From positions 78-64,077 of the forward strand of contig JAOAEL010000007.1 of NCBI GenBank assembly GCA_026416845.1: a DNA stretch of 64,000 nucleotides, written 5' to 3'. The translations under genes and the position numbers were made by a program. Below the pieces are notes generated by a model. That model saw only the letters and a list, made by a program, of their open reading frames with translations, did no database searches and had not been told where the DNA came from. Of this stretch, positions 29,950 through 40,237 are shown in pieces. Numbering within the stretch: position 1 is the first letter of the stretch; each line of letters opens with the position of its first letter. The DNA comes from Patescibacteria group bacterium (lineage in GTDB: Bacteria; Patescibacteriota; Microgenomatia; UBA8517).

Positions 29950-30740
29950 AGGTTATCTACACTACCCACGCAGGTCAATAACTGGTCATGGTCTATCTTT
30001 ATTGAGGTAGCCACCCTCTTTTGTGAGTAATATCTTTTCCATTAAAAGGTAGATTATTTCCACATAAGGAAGTCATTTTTCCTCCGGATTTTTGAACAAG
30101 CAGAATTCCCACCGCGTAATCCCAAAGCGCTACTGACTGCCCCTGCTGTGCAAATCACACTGCAGAATGTACATCTCCTCGCAGTAGAGCGCAGATCTTT
30201 GGAGTTAAAACAGAAACTTCAAGTGGAACAAATCCAGTTCTAATATATTCAAAAACTCGTGTGTTTTTAATTTAACGAAGGCTCACAGCTATTCTTTTTT
30301 TTGCAGGATTATTTGGCTATAGGGCAGCCCTATTTAATCTTACTCCTTTACCTTTAATGGCAGTAAAGTGCTGGTGTTTATCGGGCATTAAGATTGAAGC
30401 GATTGTGGGTTTTCCATTTTGAACAGCACAGATGAATGTACTCCATTCGTTTTTACCTTTAATAAATTCTTTAGTTCCGTCAATTGGATCGATGACAATA
30501 CATAATGACCTTTCCATTAAAAAAGTCGTCTTTGAAGCTTTCTTTGCCAAAAACAGGGTCTATATCAGAAAATATTTCGTTTGTAATATTCTCGATTGCA
30601 ATATCAAATTTGGTGACAATATCAAGCGTTCCGTTCACATTCACCTTATCAAGGATTCTTTTTGTCCTAATCGCCATTGATTAATTACTAAAATGGCGGC
30701 TTGGTTAATTTCATTAAACTTTGCGAGTATTAATTCATTT
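29950..30740 (-). pseudogene. Fragmented inositol monophosphatase/CysQ family gene
   Basis: DIVTKFD, VIDPIDGTKEF and LWDYAVGILLVQKSGG lie in different frames; boundaries approximate. Confidence 0.75.
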
Positions 30741-31763
30741 ATGGAATCTACTGGCTTTTCCTCTTTGCTTTTTATATATTTTTCAATATTTAACCGAGTC
30801 TTCAATCACTTTTGTTAAGTCTCTTACTTACACGGTTTTTGGATTTGAAGGAATGTTGCTACTTTCTATGACATATTTTTTTATAGCAAAAGTTTAGATT
30901 TGATGTATATAAAAATACATACAAATTATCTCAAGAATGTAATGAGTTTGGAAAGTTTTGTAGCTATTGACTAAGTTGGATGATTTGGGTTGGTGGTAGT
31001 AAAAACGAGGGGTCTGGGAATGTGAATATGCTGTTTTGAAATTTTAAAATTATTAACGATTTTAATAATTGTCTCAGTGAATTTGATAGTATCTTCAGCT
31101 TTCATATACTAGAGGCTATAGGAGGATATTTTTCCATAAATTTGGATTTGCTCTTTTTTTTGTCATCTTGACACGTTAAATGTTTACCAAGAAGTTTTTG
31201 TGATAATAACACAATTTGTTTATTTCTCTTTTGGATCTAACAAAAGTCCTGAATTGTTAATTGGCATTTTGATCGAATAAGATGTGTGAATGTTCACAGT
31301 TGATTTTCTCATTTTTACTATCAAAGAAAATTGCCTAAGAAGGTTACTTATTATGATTGTATTGAAATGAAACTTGGAGTCTCAGAAGATTTCAAATTCT
31401 GACTTTTGGTAATAAGAACTTTCGCTTGGGAACCAGAGTGGAGGAGGGAAACATGGATTGGGAAAGTTCATACAAATTTGAGTACCTAGAAAGCATGATC
31501 TTGACAATGACTGAAAACATCTTATATTTTTTGCCGTAATAGGAAGAACTAACACACCATAAAACAAAGTTGCTAAAAAAAGGACTACAGGCAAAAAAAT
31601 ACAATTAAAAGAGAGTACTTTACATAATCCATTTTTTGTGTGTTAAGGTTGTCATAAATTAAATGTTAACAATTCTATTTTACATATCTAATGTTTCTTG
31701 TAAAGTATAATTTGAGATGCAATCCCCTTTCATCAAGGTGTTCTTGTTTGTCAACTAATACGA

Positions 31764-31811
31764 CAGTTTCTTATCCTGCAAAGCAGGGTTTGATTCCATT
31801 TAGAGTCACAA
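31764..31811 (+). repeat. Degenerate direct repeat of the tRNA-Glu 3' portion (att-like)
   Basis: 42 of 48 nt identical to 29141-29188 by hand alignment, no gaps. Confidence 0.88.
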
Positions 31812-32439
31812 TTAATTTTTTTAAGATTAATTAAACGGTTCCAAATTAGATACAGTTTTTTTTGAAGGAAAAATTATTTGAAATTTAAAAGCTTCTGTAC
31901 ATGATTTAGCGTTTATAATACCTCAAATGATGTTTGGTTAAAAAGAATTATCTGTCTTGAAATAGAAGATCGTAATTCTACTAGATTTTGCATCAATTGA
32001 TTGGTTCACTTAGAAAGTTTTTCACTTCTGGCCGATTTTTGGGTTAAGTAGATTGGTATTGCGAATCAGCAATTATGTTAAAAAAAATGAAACATTTCAT
32101 TTCTTTTGGTATGCGAGCGGTGATGCAGATATCAAGATTTGATTGATGTTAAATTTCAAAAATGGTTTAACATCGCTGGTCATTTTTTTAGTATTTTGGT
32201 ATATCCTTCCCCTAGTATGTTCATATGTACTCAAGATTAAGACCTTTCACGTTAGATAGATAGCAGCGTTATATTAATGTATTTGGACTTTTTTGACCTG
32301 ACATAAATATGTTTATTCTGATTTGTCAGTTGATTTTTTGATTCGGACCAGATGAACTTTATGATTATAATAATTTAGTTTGGGCAGTGATGTTGAGTTG
32401 TTCACCGTGATCCAGGAAGCTAAAAATCATGTTGGTTGT

Positions 32440-33079
32440 TTAATATAGTTTGCCTATTTCTTCGTTTATTTTGTTGACATGACTTACTAAATTTTCCCCT
32501 GATATAGTATGAATTTCTATATGATTTGGCAAGTTGGTTGTATTCTTTGGTTTTCCATTTTGTCTATTTGCCACCATATCTTGGCAGTTAACAATTATTA
32601 GTTGCCCGCGAACGTTATGGCTTCTGCTAATCCAAGATCTCAAATCGAAGTCAGAAGGAACAGATGGGGTGAAAGACTCAAGAAAAGCCGGAACCACATG
32701 AGTAGTTTGCTCAATATAATGTTTTGGTGTTGTATTTCTTGCCTCATTTTCAAATTTGAGTTCAATAAAATCTATGTTAAGACTTGCTTCAAAAAAGATG
32801 AGTTTCACTGAATCTTCTAGTTTTTTGATTTTTTTTGACCTATACCAACCTGCAACGTTTTTCAAAGACATTCTTGCGATTTTAAAATTATGTAGCAGTT
32901 CTTTTATCATACTTGCTTGAGATGACCGAGAATCGTATGTAATAAATACACCATCCATCTGCTATGCTAGTTATTTGACGCATTTTATCTCCGCTTTTTT
33001 TATCTAGTAGAAACATGCGTATGCCTAAAGTTTGTTCAAACTTTCGTATGAGCGCTTCTCGTTCTGAAGGTTTTTGCAT
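32440..33079 (-). pseudogene. Probable frameshifted hypothetical gene
   Basis: Two overlapping same-strand ORFs (32888-33079 and 32440-32958) that could be one gene. Confidence 0.4.
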
Positions 33080-33468
33080 TGTTGCATCTAATTTTTTATC
33101 TCATTTATACTTGGAACTTGTCCAAGATTATATTGGTATAGATACATGACTAGCCTACAGTACCCAGCTTCTCTATTGTCCTTGCAGGCAATTTTGTAAC
33201 TTTCGTTTATTCCGGTTGCGGTAGATCTTTGAGTTGGAGTGTCAACCATATTCAAACCGGCAATGAAAGTCGCACTAATTTTTGGAATTGTAAACTATCT
33301 TTGAAAGTATATGATTGGCAATTTCATCAGCTAATTGATTAATTTCAATGATTAACTTAAACCATAGATTGGGATCATTTTCAATTACAGGTTGCCAATC
33401 TGCTTTTAATAGTATTGTCAAATAATCACTAGCAACCAAATTGGGTGATTCCAAGAATCTTTCTTGTG

Positions 33469-33720
33469 TTATTTTTTCTGCATATCTTTGGTACCTTTTT
33501 TTATTTTTTCTATTATTTGTTGTATGTTTTCTTTATTTTTAGTTCCTTCTAGACGTTGAATTACGGCAGTATGTCCGAGTTTACCTATCATTAGATGCAA
33601 TGTGCTTGGTATGCCTTCACAACCGGAAGGCAATTCTGTTCTTGTTTGCAGGTGAGATGGAGAAATTCCGGTAGCTATGTACAAATTTTGAACACTGCCG
33701 TTTCTTTCAGCTATTGACAT
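33469..33720 (-). CDS. Hypothetical protein or gene fragment
   Basis: 83-aa ORF; no recognised motif. Confidence 0.35.
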   Translation of the reverse strand: MSIAERNGSVQNLYIATGISPSHLQTRTELPSGCEGIPSTLHLMIGKLGHTAVIQRLEGTKNKENIQQIIEKIKKGTKDMQKK

Positions 33721-33837
33721 ACTGGAGAGTTTTTATGCGCAATGATATCTTTTTGAGATGAGAAATGAAATTTTAACCGAAATTATCAGAAATTATTTTT
33801 ATGGAGCGTTTTTTAAATTTTTCTGTTCTAGTGGATT

Positions 33838-35268
33838 TTAATGTAGTCCGGTCAAAAGTTTTGTTTTTGTTATGACTAAGTTTCTGGCTTCTTTTTGCAT
33901 ACGTTTTGCAAAGTAGGAAATAAATGGAGGGGCAACAAATGTGGTTAACACAATAACGATTACTATTACTGAAAATATCTCAGAGGATAAAACGCCCAAA
34001 CTTTTGCCAACAGAGGCAAAGATAAGTCCTACTTCACCTCTTGGAACCATAGAAATTCCGACTAGAAATTTTTCATTCCATGTTCCTTGCGCTACAAAAC
34101 CGGAGATAAATTTGGTTAAGATAGCCGCGATTCCAAGAATGAAAGCATAGAAATATAACTTAGGATTAAGCAGTGTCCCAAAGTCTATTTGTAGACCTGT
34201 GAACACGAAAAATATAGGCACTAAAACAAATCCTAGAGTATCTATCAAATCTTCAACATGGGTATGGCTATGTTTTTCGATAATTCTATTAACCCTTTCT
34301 TTTATTTTACTTTTTAATCCCTTAATTGCTGTTAAATCTTTTACAAATGATGGTTCACTGAAACTTTTGAAGTGGACAGCATCAAGCACTAAACCAGCGC
34401 AGAATGCGCCTATGATTGGAGCTAGCCCGGCAAGCGATGCCACATAAGCGTAAATTAAAGCAAATGAGAAAGCTATGCTTAGTTTCATTCCAACATTTGT
34501 GTTTATGTTGGCAAAAAAGTATGAAACAGATTTTGCAATCATATTGCCAAGCACTATGGCTCCTGCCAGAAACCCAAATGTTTTGAGAGCAAGAGATGTT
34601 ATAAGATTTATGTCTACTGTGCCATGTTCCGCTATTGCTGTTACTATTGCCAGAACGAAAAGACCTAGTACGTCATCGATTACTGCGGCTCCCAAGACTG
34701 TTTGGCAGGACACACATTTTAGAATTTTCAAATCAGAAAAAATGCTGGCAGTAATTCCAACACTTGTGGCTACAAGAGATGCTCCAATAAACATGTAAGT
34801 AACGTATGATTCATCCGGGAAAAGAATTGGTCCTAAAAAGTACGTGCCAACTAAAAATGGGGCGACGACTCCGGTTGTGGCTACTAAAACTGCTTTTAAT
34901 CCTACCTTGCTTAATTTGGCGATATTTGATTCAAGACCAATTTTAAAAAGTAGAATGATTGCGCCCAGTTCAGCAAGGAATTTAAAGACCTCCTGTTCAG
35001 GTATGAACTGCAATGGCTTGACTCCTAAGTAAGCAAATGCAGAAAGTGTGATACCAGCGGTTAGTTCCCCCAATACTGCAGGCAAGCCAATCTTTTCAAA
35101 AATACTCCCAATTTTGCCTGAGAGTAGCAAAACTGCAAATAGAAGAAGTAATATAGTACTTGAGTGGTTGTTGCCTACATCCTCGCTTGTAGCATAGGCT
35201 TGTTGCGGGAAGATAAATAAAATTATCAGAGAAATTAGGATCGAAAAATTTTTTATTTGTATCAACAT
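33838..35268 (-). CDS. Cation:proton antiporter (CPA2 family)
   Basis: PAVLGEL, LFKIGLE, ATSVGIT, AAVIDDV, MVPRGEVGL. Confidence 0.93.
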   Translation of the reverse strand: MLIQIKNFSILISLIILFIFPQQAYATSEDVGNNHSSTILLLLFAVLLLSGKIGSIFEKIGLPAVLGELTAGITLSAFAYLGVKPLQFIPEQEVFKFLAELGAIILLFKIGLESNIAKLSKVGLKAVLVATTGVVAPFLVGTYFLGPILFPDESYVTYMFIGASLVATSVGITASIFSDLKILKCVSCQTVLGAAVIDDVLGLFVLAIVTAIAEHGTVDINLITSLALKTFGFLAGAIVLGNMIAKSVSYFFANINTNVGMKLSIAFSFALIYAYVASLAGLAPIIGAFCAGLVLDAVHFKSFSEPSFVKDLTAIKGLKSKIKERVNRIIEKHSHTHVEDLIDTLGFVLVPIFFVFTGLQIDFGTLLNPKLYFYAFILGIAAILTKFISGFVAQGTWNEKFLVGISMVPRGEVGLIFASVGKSLGVLSSEIFSVIVIVIVLTTFVAPPFISYFAKRMQKEARNLVITKTKLLTGLH

Positions 35269-35706
35269 ATTTCTATATTTCTGAACACAAGTTAAATGTT
35301 ATCACTTTTGTCAAATTTAGGAAATAATAAATTGATTAATTAAATTAAGTCTTTTTTACGAAAATTAGAAAAAAAATCATAGTTAACATCTTAATTTTTT
35401 ATTTTAATTTTATTTAATTAGTACTTTGTTAGTACTTTATTAAAAAATTAAGAAAAATGAAAAAATGTATAAAGAATTTACCGAGTTGATTACCGAGTTT
35501 AAAGTAATAATTTCACCAAAGGCGGCAAGGATTATAACATGAAAAAACTTGACTAGTGTAATTTTAAATGTATTGTATGTAAAAGATTAAAATAAAAAAA
35601 TTTGACAACTATCAGTCCTAAAAATAAAAGATAGAATTTGATTGCAGATTTAGTTTAGTTGTTGTTTAAGTTTAGGTCATTATTCTTGTTTTTAGTTTTG
35701 TGCAAA

Positions 35707-36747
35707 TTAAGTAATGTTTGATTTGCTTTGATTTATCCTTAATTCAAATTCGTAATTTATTTTTATTTGGTATGGTATTTTCTTTGCGCAACTGAATTTT
35801 TGGTTGTAAATTCTTTCTTGGAAATTTTCGATTGTTCTTTTCAGTCCTTCTTTCAAGTCGATTTTTTGATTCCACCCTAAAGATTCTATTTTTGCAGTGT
35901 TAGGCAATCTTCTATCTAAATCGTGATTAGGTCTATCTATGTATTTAATTTTGCTTTTCGATTTAGTCATCTTTATTATAAGATTGGCCAGATTGTTAAC
36001 TGTGATTTCAGTTTTACCACCTATGTTGTAAATCTCACGTTTCTTGCCTTTTTCCATTGCAAGAATTAATCCTTTTACCGAATCGTCAACATAGCATAAA
36101 GCTCTAGATTGCGTGCCGTCTCCTTGTATTGTTATTTCTTCGCCAAGCAAAGCTTGTTTTATGAATCTTGGTACCACGCGAGTATCAGAAAGACTCATAC
36201 CCGGTCCATATGTGTTGAAAAAACGCACTGTAAGCGCATTAACATCATACTTGTCAACATACATAGCAAGAATAGTTTCTCCTATTCTTTTGCCTTCTTC
36301 GTAATTTGCTCTCCAGCCCTGAGGATCTACTAACCCAAGATCGTTTTCTGCTTGAGGAAAATAAAGTGGTTTGCCATAAATTTCCGCAGAGCTTGTGTAC
36401 ACGTACTTTGCTTTTTTCAGCTTTGCCAGTTTAAGAGTATTTTGCATGCCTGTTGTGCAGGCATTGATAATTTCTTCTCCGTATATTTTTATATTAGGAG
36501 GTCCAGTAGGGCATGCCAGATTATATATTCTGTCAATATTGATTTTAGAGAATGTTTTTAAAAACTCTGCCGACTCGATTGCGATTTGATAGAACTTGTA
36601 ATTTGGGTCTTTTAAGTATTTTTTGTAATTTTCCGAGCTTCCAGTAATCATTGAATCCACTACAAAAACTCTGTTTTTTGTTTTTAGCATTTGCTCAACT
36701 AAATTGGATCCTATGAATCCTGCTCCACCGGCGATTAATATATTCAT
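35707..36747 (-). CDS. NAD-dependent epimerase/dehydratase (UDP-glucuronate decarboxylase-like)
   Basis: GGAGFIGS, NLACP, YEEGKR, RFFNTYGP, GDGTQSR. Confidence 0.9.
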   Translation of the reverse strand: MNILIAGGAGFIGSNLVEQMLKTKNRVFVVDSMITGSSENYKKYLKDPNYKFYQIAIESAEFLKTFSKINIDRIYNLACPTGPPNIKIYGEEIINACTTGMQNTLKLAKLKKAKYVYTSSAEIYGKPLYFPQAENDLGLVDPQGWRANYEEGKRIGETILAMYVDKYDVNALTVRFFNTYGPGMSLSDTRVVPRFIKQALLGEEITIQGDGTQSRALCYVDDSVKGLILAMEKGKKREIYNIGGKTEITVNNLANLIIKMTKSKSKIKYIDRPNHDLDRRLPNTAKIESLGWNQKIDLKEGLKRTIENFQERIYNQKFSCAKKIPYQIKINYEFELRINQSKSNIT

Positions 36748-37128
36748 AGCTTTTTATTTTGATTTGCAGATTTTGCAATTATACTATACTTTTAACTTTT
36801 ATTCGGTTTAATCAAATCTATAGTATAGATTTTGTTTTTAAAATTGGATTTCGCTTTTTTTTAATTAAATTTGTATATTTGTGTCAAGTTTAAATTGGAT
36901 CAAAGAACTTGAATTTTCGGAATTGTATCTTGTAAGTTCTATTTTGTTTGAAGTTTAAGCAAGAAACTGTTTTTTAGTCTAGCTGCTATTTTATTATGTT
37001 GTTATGTTATTGTTATTTTAAATTATTTAGTTTAGTTGGTTAGTTAGTTGGATTATTTAAATTAATAAAATAAATAAAAAAGTAGTAACAATAACAATTA
37101 GTTTGAGACACAAAAACGAAAATGGATC

Positions 37129-37157
37129 TTGACATTTTTCATGTATTAAATTAAAAT
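37129..37157 (+). promoter_or_regulatory. Sigma70-type promoter about 190 bp upstream of greA
   Basis: TTGACA (37129-34), 17 bp, TAAAAT (37152-57). Confidence 0.6.
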
Positions 37158-37351
37158 ACCAAGCACTATATTTTTTAAGATTTTCAATTTTTTCTCCCTA
37201 ATTAGACGTACATGCTACTGTAATAGTAGTAAAAAGAAGGTTTAAAAAAATTAAATTTAGGGTGTTAAAATCTAGTTCTCTTAACTAAAAAACTAAAAAA
37301 GCTTTTATTTTTTTATTAATTTTTAGCTATTTATTAGAATTAATTTAATTT

Positions 37352-37825
37352 ATGAGTGTATTTAAACAGCCAATAAAATTAACACAGCAAGGTTTTGACG
37401 CTCTTAAAGCTGATTTTGAAGAGTTGGTTAAAGTGAAAAGACCTGCTTTAGTTGAAAGATTGGCAAATGCCAGATCTCAGGGAGATTTGTCTGAAAACAG
37501 TGATTACCAAAATGCAAAAGATGAACTTGAATTTTTGGATGGTAGAATATCCGAACTTGAAGAAGTTATTAAAAGCGCTGTTATTGTATCTGCAGATGAT
37601 ACTAAGACAGCTGGCATTAAAGTTGGCACGAAAGTCACAGTAAAAGTAAAAGACACAACTCATATATATTTTATTGTAGGTGATTGGGAAGCGGATCCAA
37701 TCCAAAAAAAGATTTCTCATACTTCGCCTCTCGGGCAAGCTTTGATAGGCAAAAAGCAAGGTGAAAAAGTAGAAGTTGATGCGCCTGTTGGCAAATTGAT
37801 TTATGAGATTATCAGTGTAGAATAG
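37352..37825 (+). CDS. greA: Transcription elongation factor GreA
   Basis: ARSQGDLSENSDY, ISHTSPLGQAL. Confidence 0.96.
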   Translation: MSVFKQPIKLTQQGFDALKADFEELVKVKRPALVERLANARSQGDLSENSDYQNAKDELEFLDGRISELEEVIKSAVIVSADDTKTAGIKVGTKVTVKVKDTTHIYFIVGDWEADPIQKKISHTSPLGQALIGKKQGEKVEVDAPVGKLIYEIISVE

Positions 37826-37885
37826 CTTTTTAATTTAAAAAGCCTTCAAGTTTCTAAAGTTGTAATTTATTGCTAAAATAGCTTC

Positions 37886-39448
37886 ATGTACTGGGCAAAT
37901 AAAATTGCGGATGAAATAATTTCTTCTGGTAAGTATTATCCGTATTGGGTTGATGATATGAAAACTCCTTCGGGTTTAGCTCATGTAGGGTCTTTGATGG
38001 GTCCTGTGGTGCATAGCATTATTTATAGATCTCTTAAAAAAAGAGGAGTTGATGTTGAATTTACCTTTGTTATAAATGATTTTGACGCTGTTGATGGTTT
38101 ATCTGACGATTTAATTCCCGAGTATTCCAAGTATCTTGGTTTTCCATTAAAAGCTGTTCCTTCCCCGGATTCCAAGTTTCAGTCGATGGCTGATTATTAT
38201 GCTGATGATTTTATCAATTCTTTTAGGGTTTTAGGTGTTGAGGCGAAAATTTTATCTTCATGGCAAATGTATCATGAAGGAAAATTTGATAATGTGATAA
38301 AAACAGCTTTAGATAATAGTGAAAAAATTCGCAAAATATACAAAGAAGTTTCGGGTAGCGATAAAGAAAAAAAGGGTTGGTTGCCGTTTCAGGTTATTTG
38401 TGAGAAGTGTTCCAAATTAGGAACTACAAGAGTTTATTCTTGGGATGGCAAAAAAGTTAGTTATGTTTGTGAACCAAATCTGGTTGAATGGGCTCAAGGT
38501 TGTGGATATCAGGGTGAAATTAGTCCATTTGGGGGGAATGGCAAATTGCCTTGGAAAGTTGACTGGCCAGCGCATTGGAAAGTGATGGGAGTTACTATAG
38601 AGGGTGCTGGCAAAGATCATGCTTCAAAAGGCGGATCTTATGATATTGCGATGGCTTTGTGTGAGGCAGTATTTGATTTCCCTAAACCTTACAAATTGCC
38701 TTATGAATTTTTGTTGATAGGTGGTAAAAAAATGAGTTCATCTAAAGGGTTAGGGCTTAAAGCGCGTGATCTGGTCAAAATGCTTCCGCCGGTTATAGGG
38801 AGGTTTTTGTTTGCAAAGCATAATATAAAAAGGCAGGCTAATTTTGATCCCTATGGAAATATGGCAATACCTGAGCTTTTTGATCTTTATGACCAAGCGC
38901 AAAAGGCTTATTGGGAACAATCAGATGAAAATTTATCTGCGATGTTTGAATATTCGCAAATTACCAATAAGATGCCAAAGCCACATTTTGTGCCTAGGTT
39001 TTTGGATGTTGTTAATTACTTGCAAGATTCAAAAGTTGACATATATCAAAAATTTTCAGAATTAAAGGGCGACAAGCTTTCACTTGTTGAGAAAAAGGTT
39101 TTGAAGGAAAGAATTAAATATGCAAGAATTTGGATTTCCGGCTACGCTCCCAAAAAGCAGGTGTTTTTGCCTTCAGATACAATTCCGCCGGAAGTTAAAA
39201 ATTTGTCCAATGCACAATTGGAGTATCTTAAGTTGGTACTTGATTCGCTTGAATCGAATCAAAACCCTGAGGAATTTCAAACTGTTTTGTACAATCTGTC
39301 CAAACAAATTAATCTTCCCGCTAAAGAAGCGTTTGGCGCTATATATATTGCCTTAATTGGCAAACCTCATGGGCCAAAGGCGGCTTGGTTTTTGCTGGAA
39401 CATATTGAAGTGGCAAAAATGAGATTTAGGGAAATATTAAATCTATGA
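37886..39448 (+). CDS. lysS: Lysine--tRNA ligase, class I
   Basis: TPSGLAHVGS (HIGH-like), GKLPWKVDWPAHW, GKDH, KMSSSKG. Confidence 0.93.
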   Translation: MYWANKIADEIISSGKYYPYWVDDMKTPSGLAHVGSLMGPVVHSIIYRSLKKRGVDVEFTFVINDFDAVDGLSDDLIPEYSKYLGFPLKAVPSPDSKFQSMADYYADDFINSFRVLGVEAKILSSWQMYHEGKFDNVIKTALDNSEKIRKIYKEVSGSDKEKKGWLPFQVICEKCSKLGTTRVYSWDGKKVSYVCEPNLVEWAQGCGYQGEISPFGGNGKLPWKVDWPAHWKVMGVTIEGAGKDHASKGGSYDIAMALCEAVFDFPKPYKLPYEFLLIGGKKMSSSKGLGLKARDLVKMLPPVIGRFLFAKHNIKRQANFDPYGNMAIPELFDLYDQAQKAYWEQSDENLSAMFEYSQITNKMPKPHFVPRFLDVVNYLQDSKVDIYQKFSELKGDKLSLVEKKVLKERIKYARIWISGYAPKKQVFLPSDTIPPEVKNLSNAQLEYLKLVLDSLESNQNPEEFQTVLYNLSKQINLPAKEAFGAIYIALIGKPHGPKAAWFLLEHIEVAKMRFREILNL

Positions 39449-40011
39449 CACGAGAACAAGCGCTTAATTTTTTACATAAGCATGTCAAAAATCAGAACCT
39501 TCGCAGGCATTGCTATGCGGTTGAAGCTGTTATGCGAGCTCTGGCGAGAAGGTTTAATGAAAATGAAGAGGTTTGGGGAATAGCAGGCCTTTTGCATGAT
39601 GCTGATTATGAAGAGACAAAAGAAGATATGCGCGCAAAACATACCAAGTTGTTAATGCAGTGGCTTTTGGATTTTGCTGTTGATAGCGACATAAAGGATG
39701 CAATTCTTGCGCATGGTTGGGGATATGTTAATGACGCTCCTATGCCAAGAACTAAAATGCAATGGGCGCTTTATTGTTGTGACGAACTTACTGGTTTAAT
39801 TGTCGCGGTCGCTCTTGTTATGAAAGATAAGAGGTTGTCTTCTGTTTCTGTTGATTCGGTGGTCAAAAAATTCTCTGAAAAATCGTTTGCAAAAGGAGCA
39901 AATAGAGAACAAATAAAAAAGTGCGAAAGCGCTTTGGGGATACAGCTTAATGATTTTGTTAGTATAGCTCTTGCTGCAATGAAATCTGTTTCTCCGGAAT
40001 TGGGATTGTGA
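39445..40011 (+). CDS. HD-domain (HDIG) hydrolase
   Basis: RHCYAVE, GLLHDADYE, DELTGLI, FAKGANRE. Confidence 0.9.
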   Translation: MTREQALNFLHKHVKNQNLRRHCYAVEAVMRALARRFNENEEVWGIAGLLHDADYEETKEDMRAKHTKLLMQWLLDFAVDSDIKDAILAHGWGYVNDAPMPRTKMQWALYCCDELTGLIVAVALVMKDKRLSSVSVDSVVKKFSEKSFAKGANREQIKKCESALGIQLNDFVSIALAAMKSVSPELGL

Positions 40012-40237
40012 GGAAAAATAAACTGAATATATTTATTCAGATTTTTTAACGATGAATTTATTATAACAATTAAATGTATTTGAATATACATATAAATTAA
40101 TGACAATTTATTAAAATTTACAAAATTTACATTTGGAATAATATTTGATATGTTTTTTGCCGAATTACCAAATATTGCCAAATATTGATTAATTTTGGTT
40201 TAGTTTATTTTGTTTAAATGTTTTATAATTTCGGAGT

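Larger units (their letters stand above)
29141..31811. mobile_element. Decayed genomic island integrated at tRNA-Glu (no integrase visible)
   Basis: Bounded by the tRNA 3' portion and its degenerate direct repeat at 31764-31811; interior holds only broken or short ORFs. Confidence 0.65.

Noticed and set aside
36990-37100. Short ttag/ttg low-complexity repeats between the epimerase gene and greA
   Set aside because: Irregular AT-rich simple sequence with no fixed period or spacers
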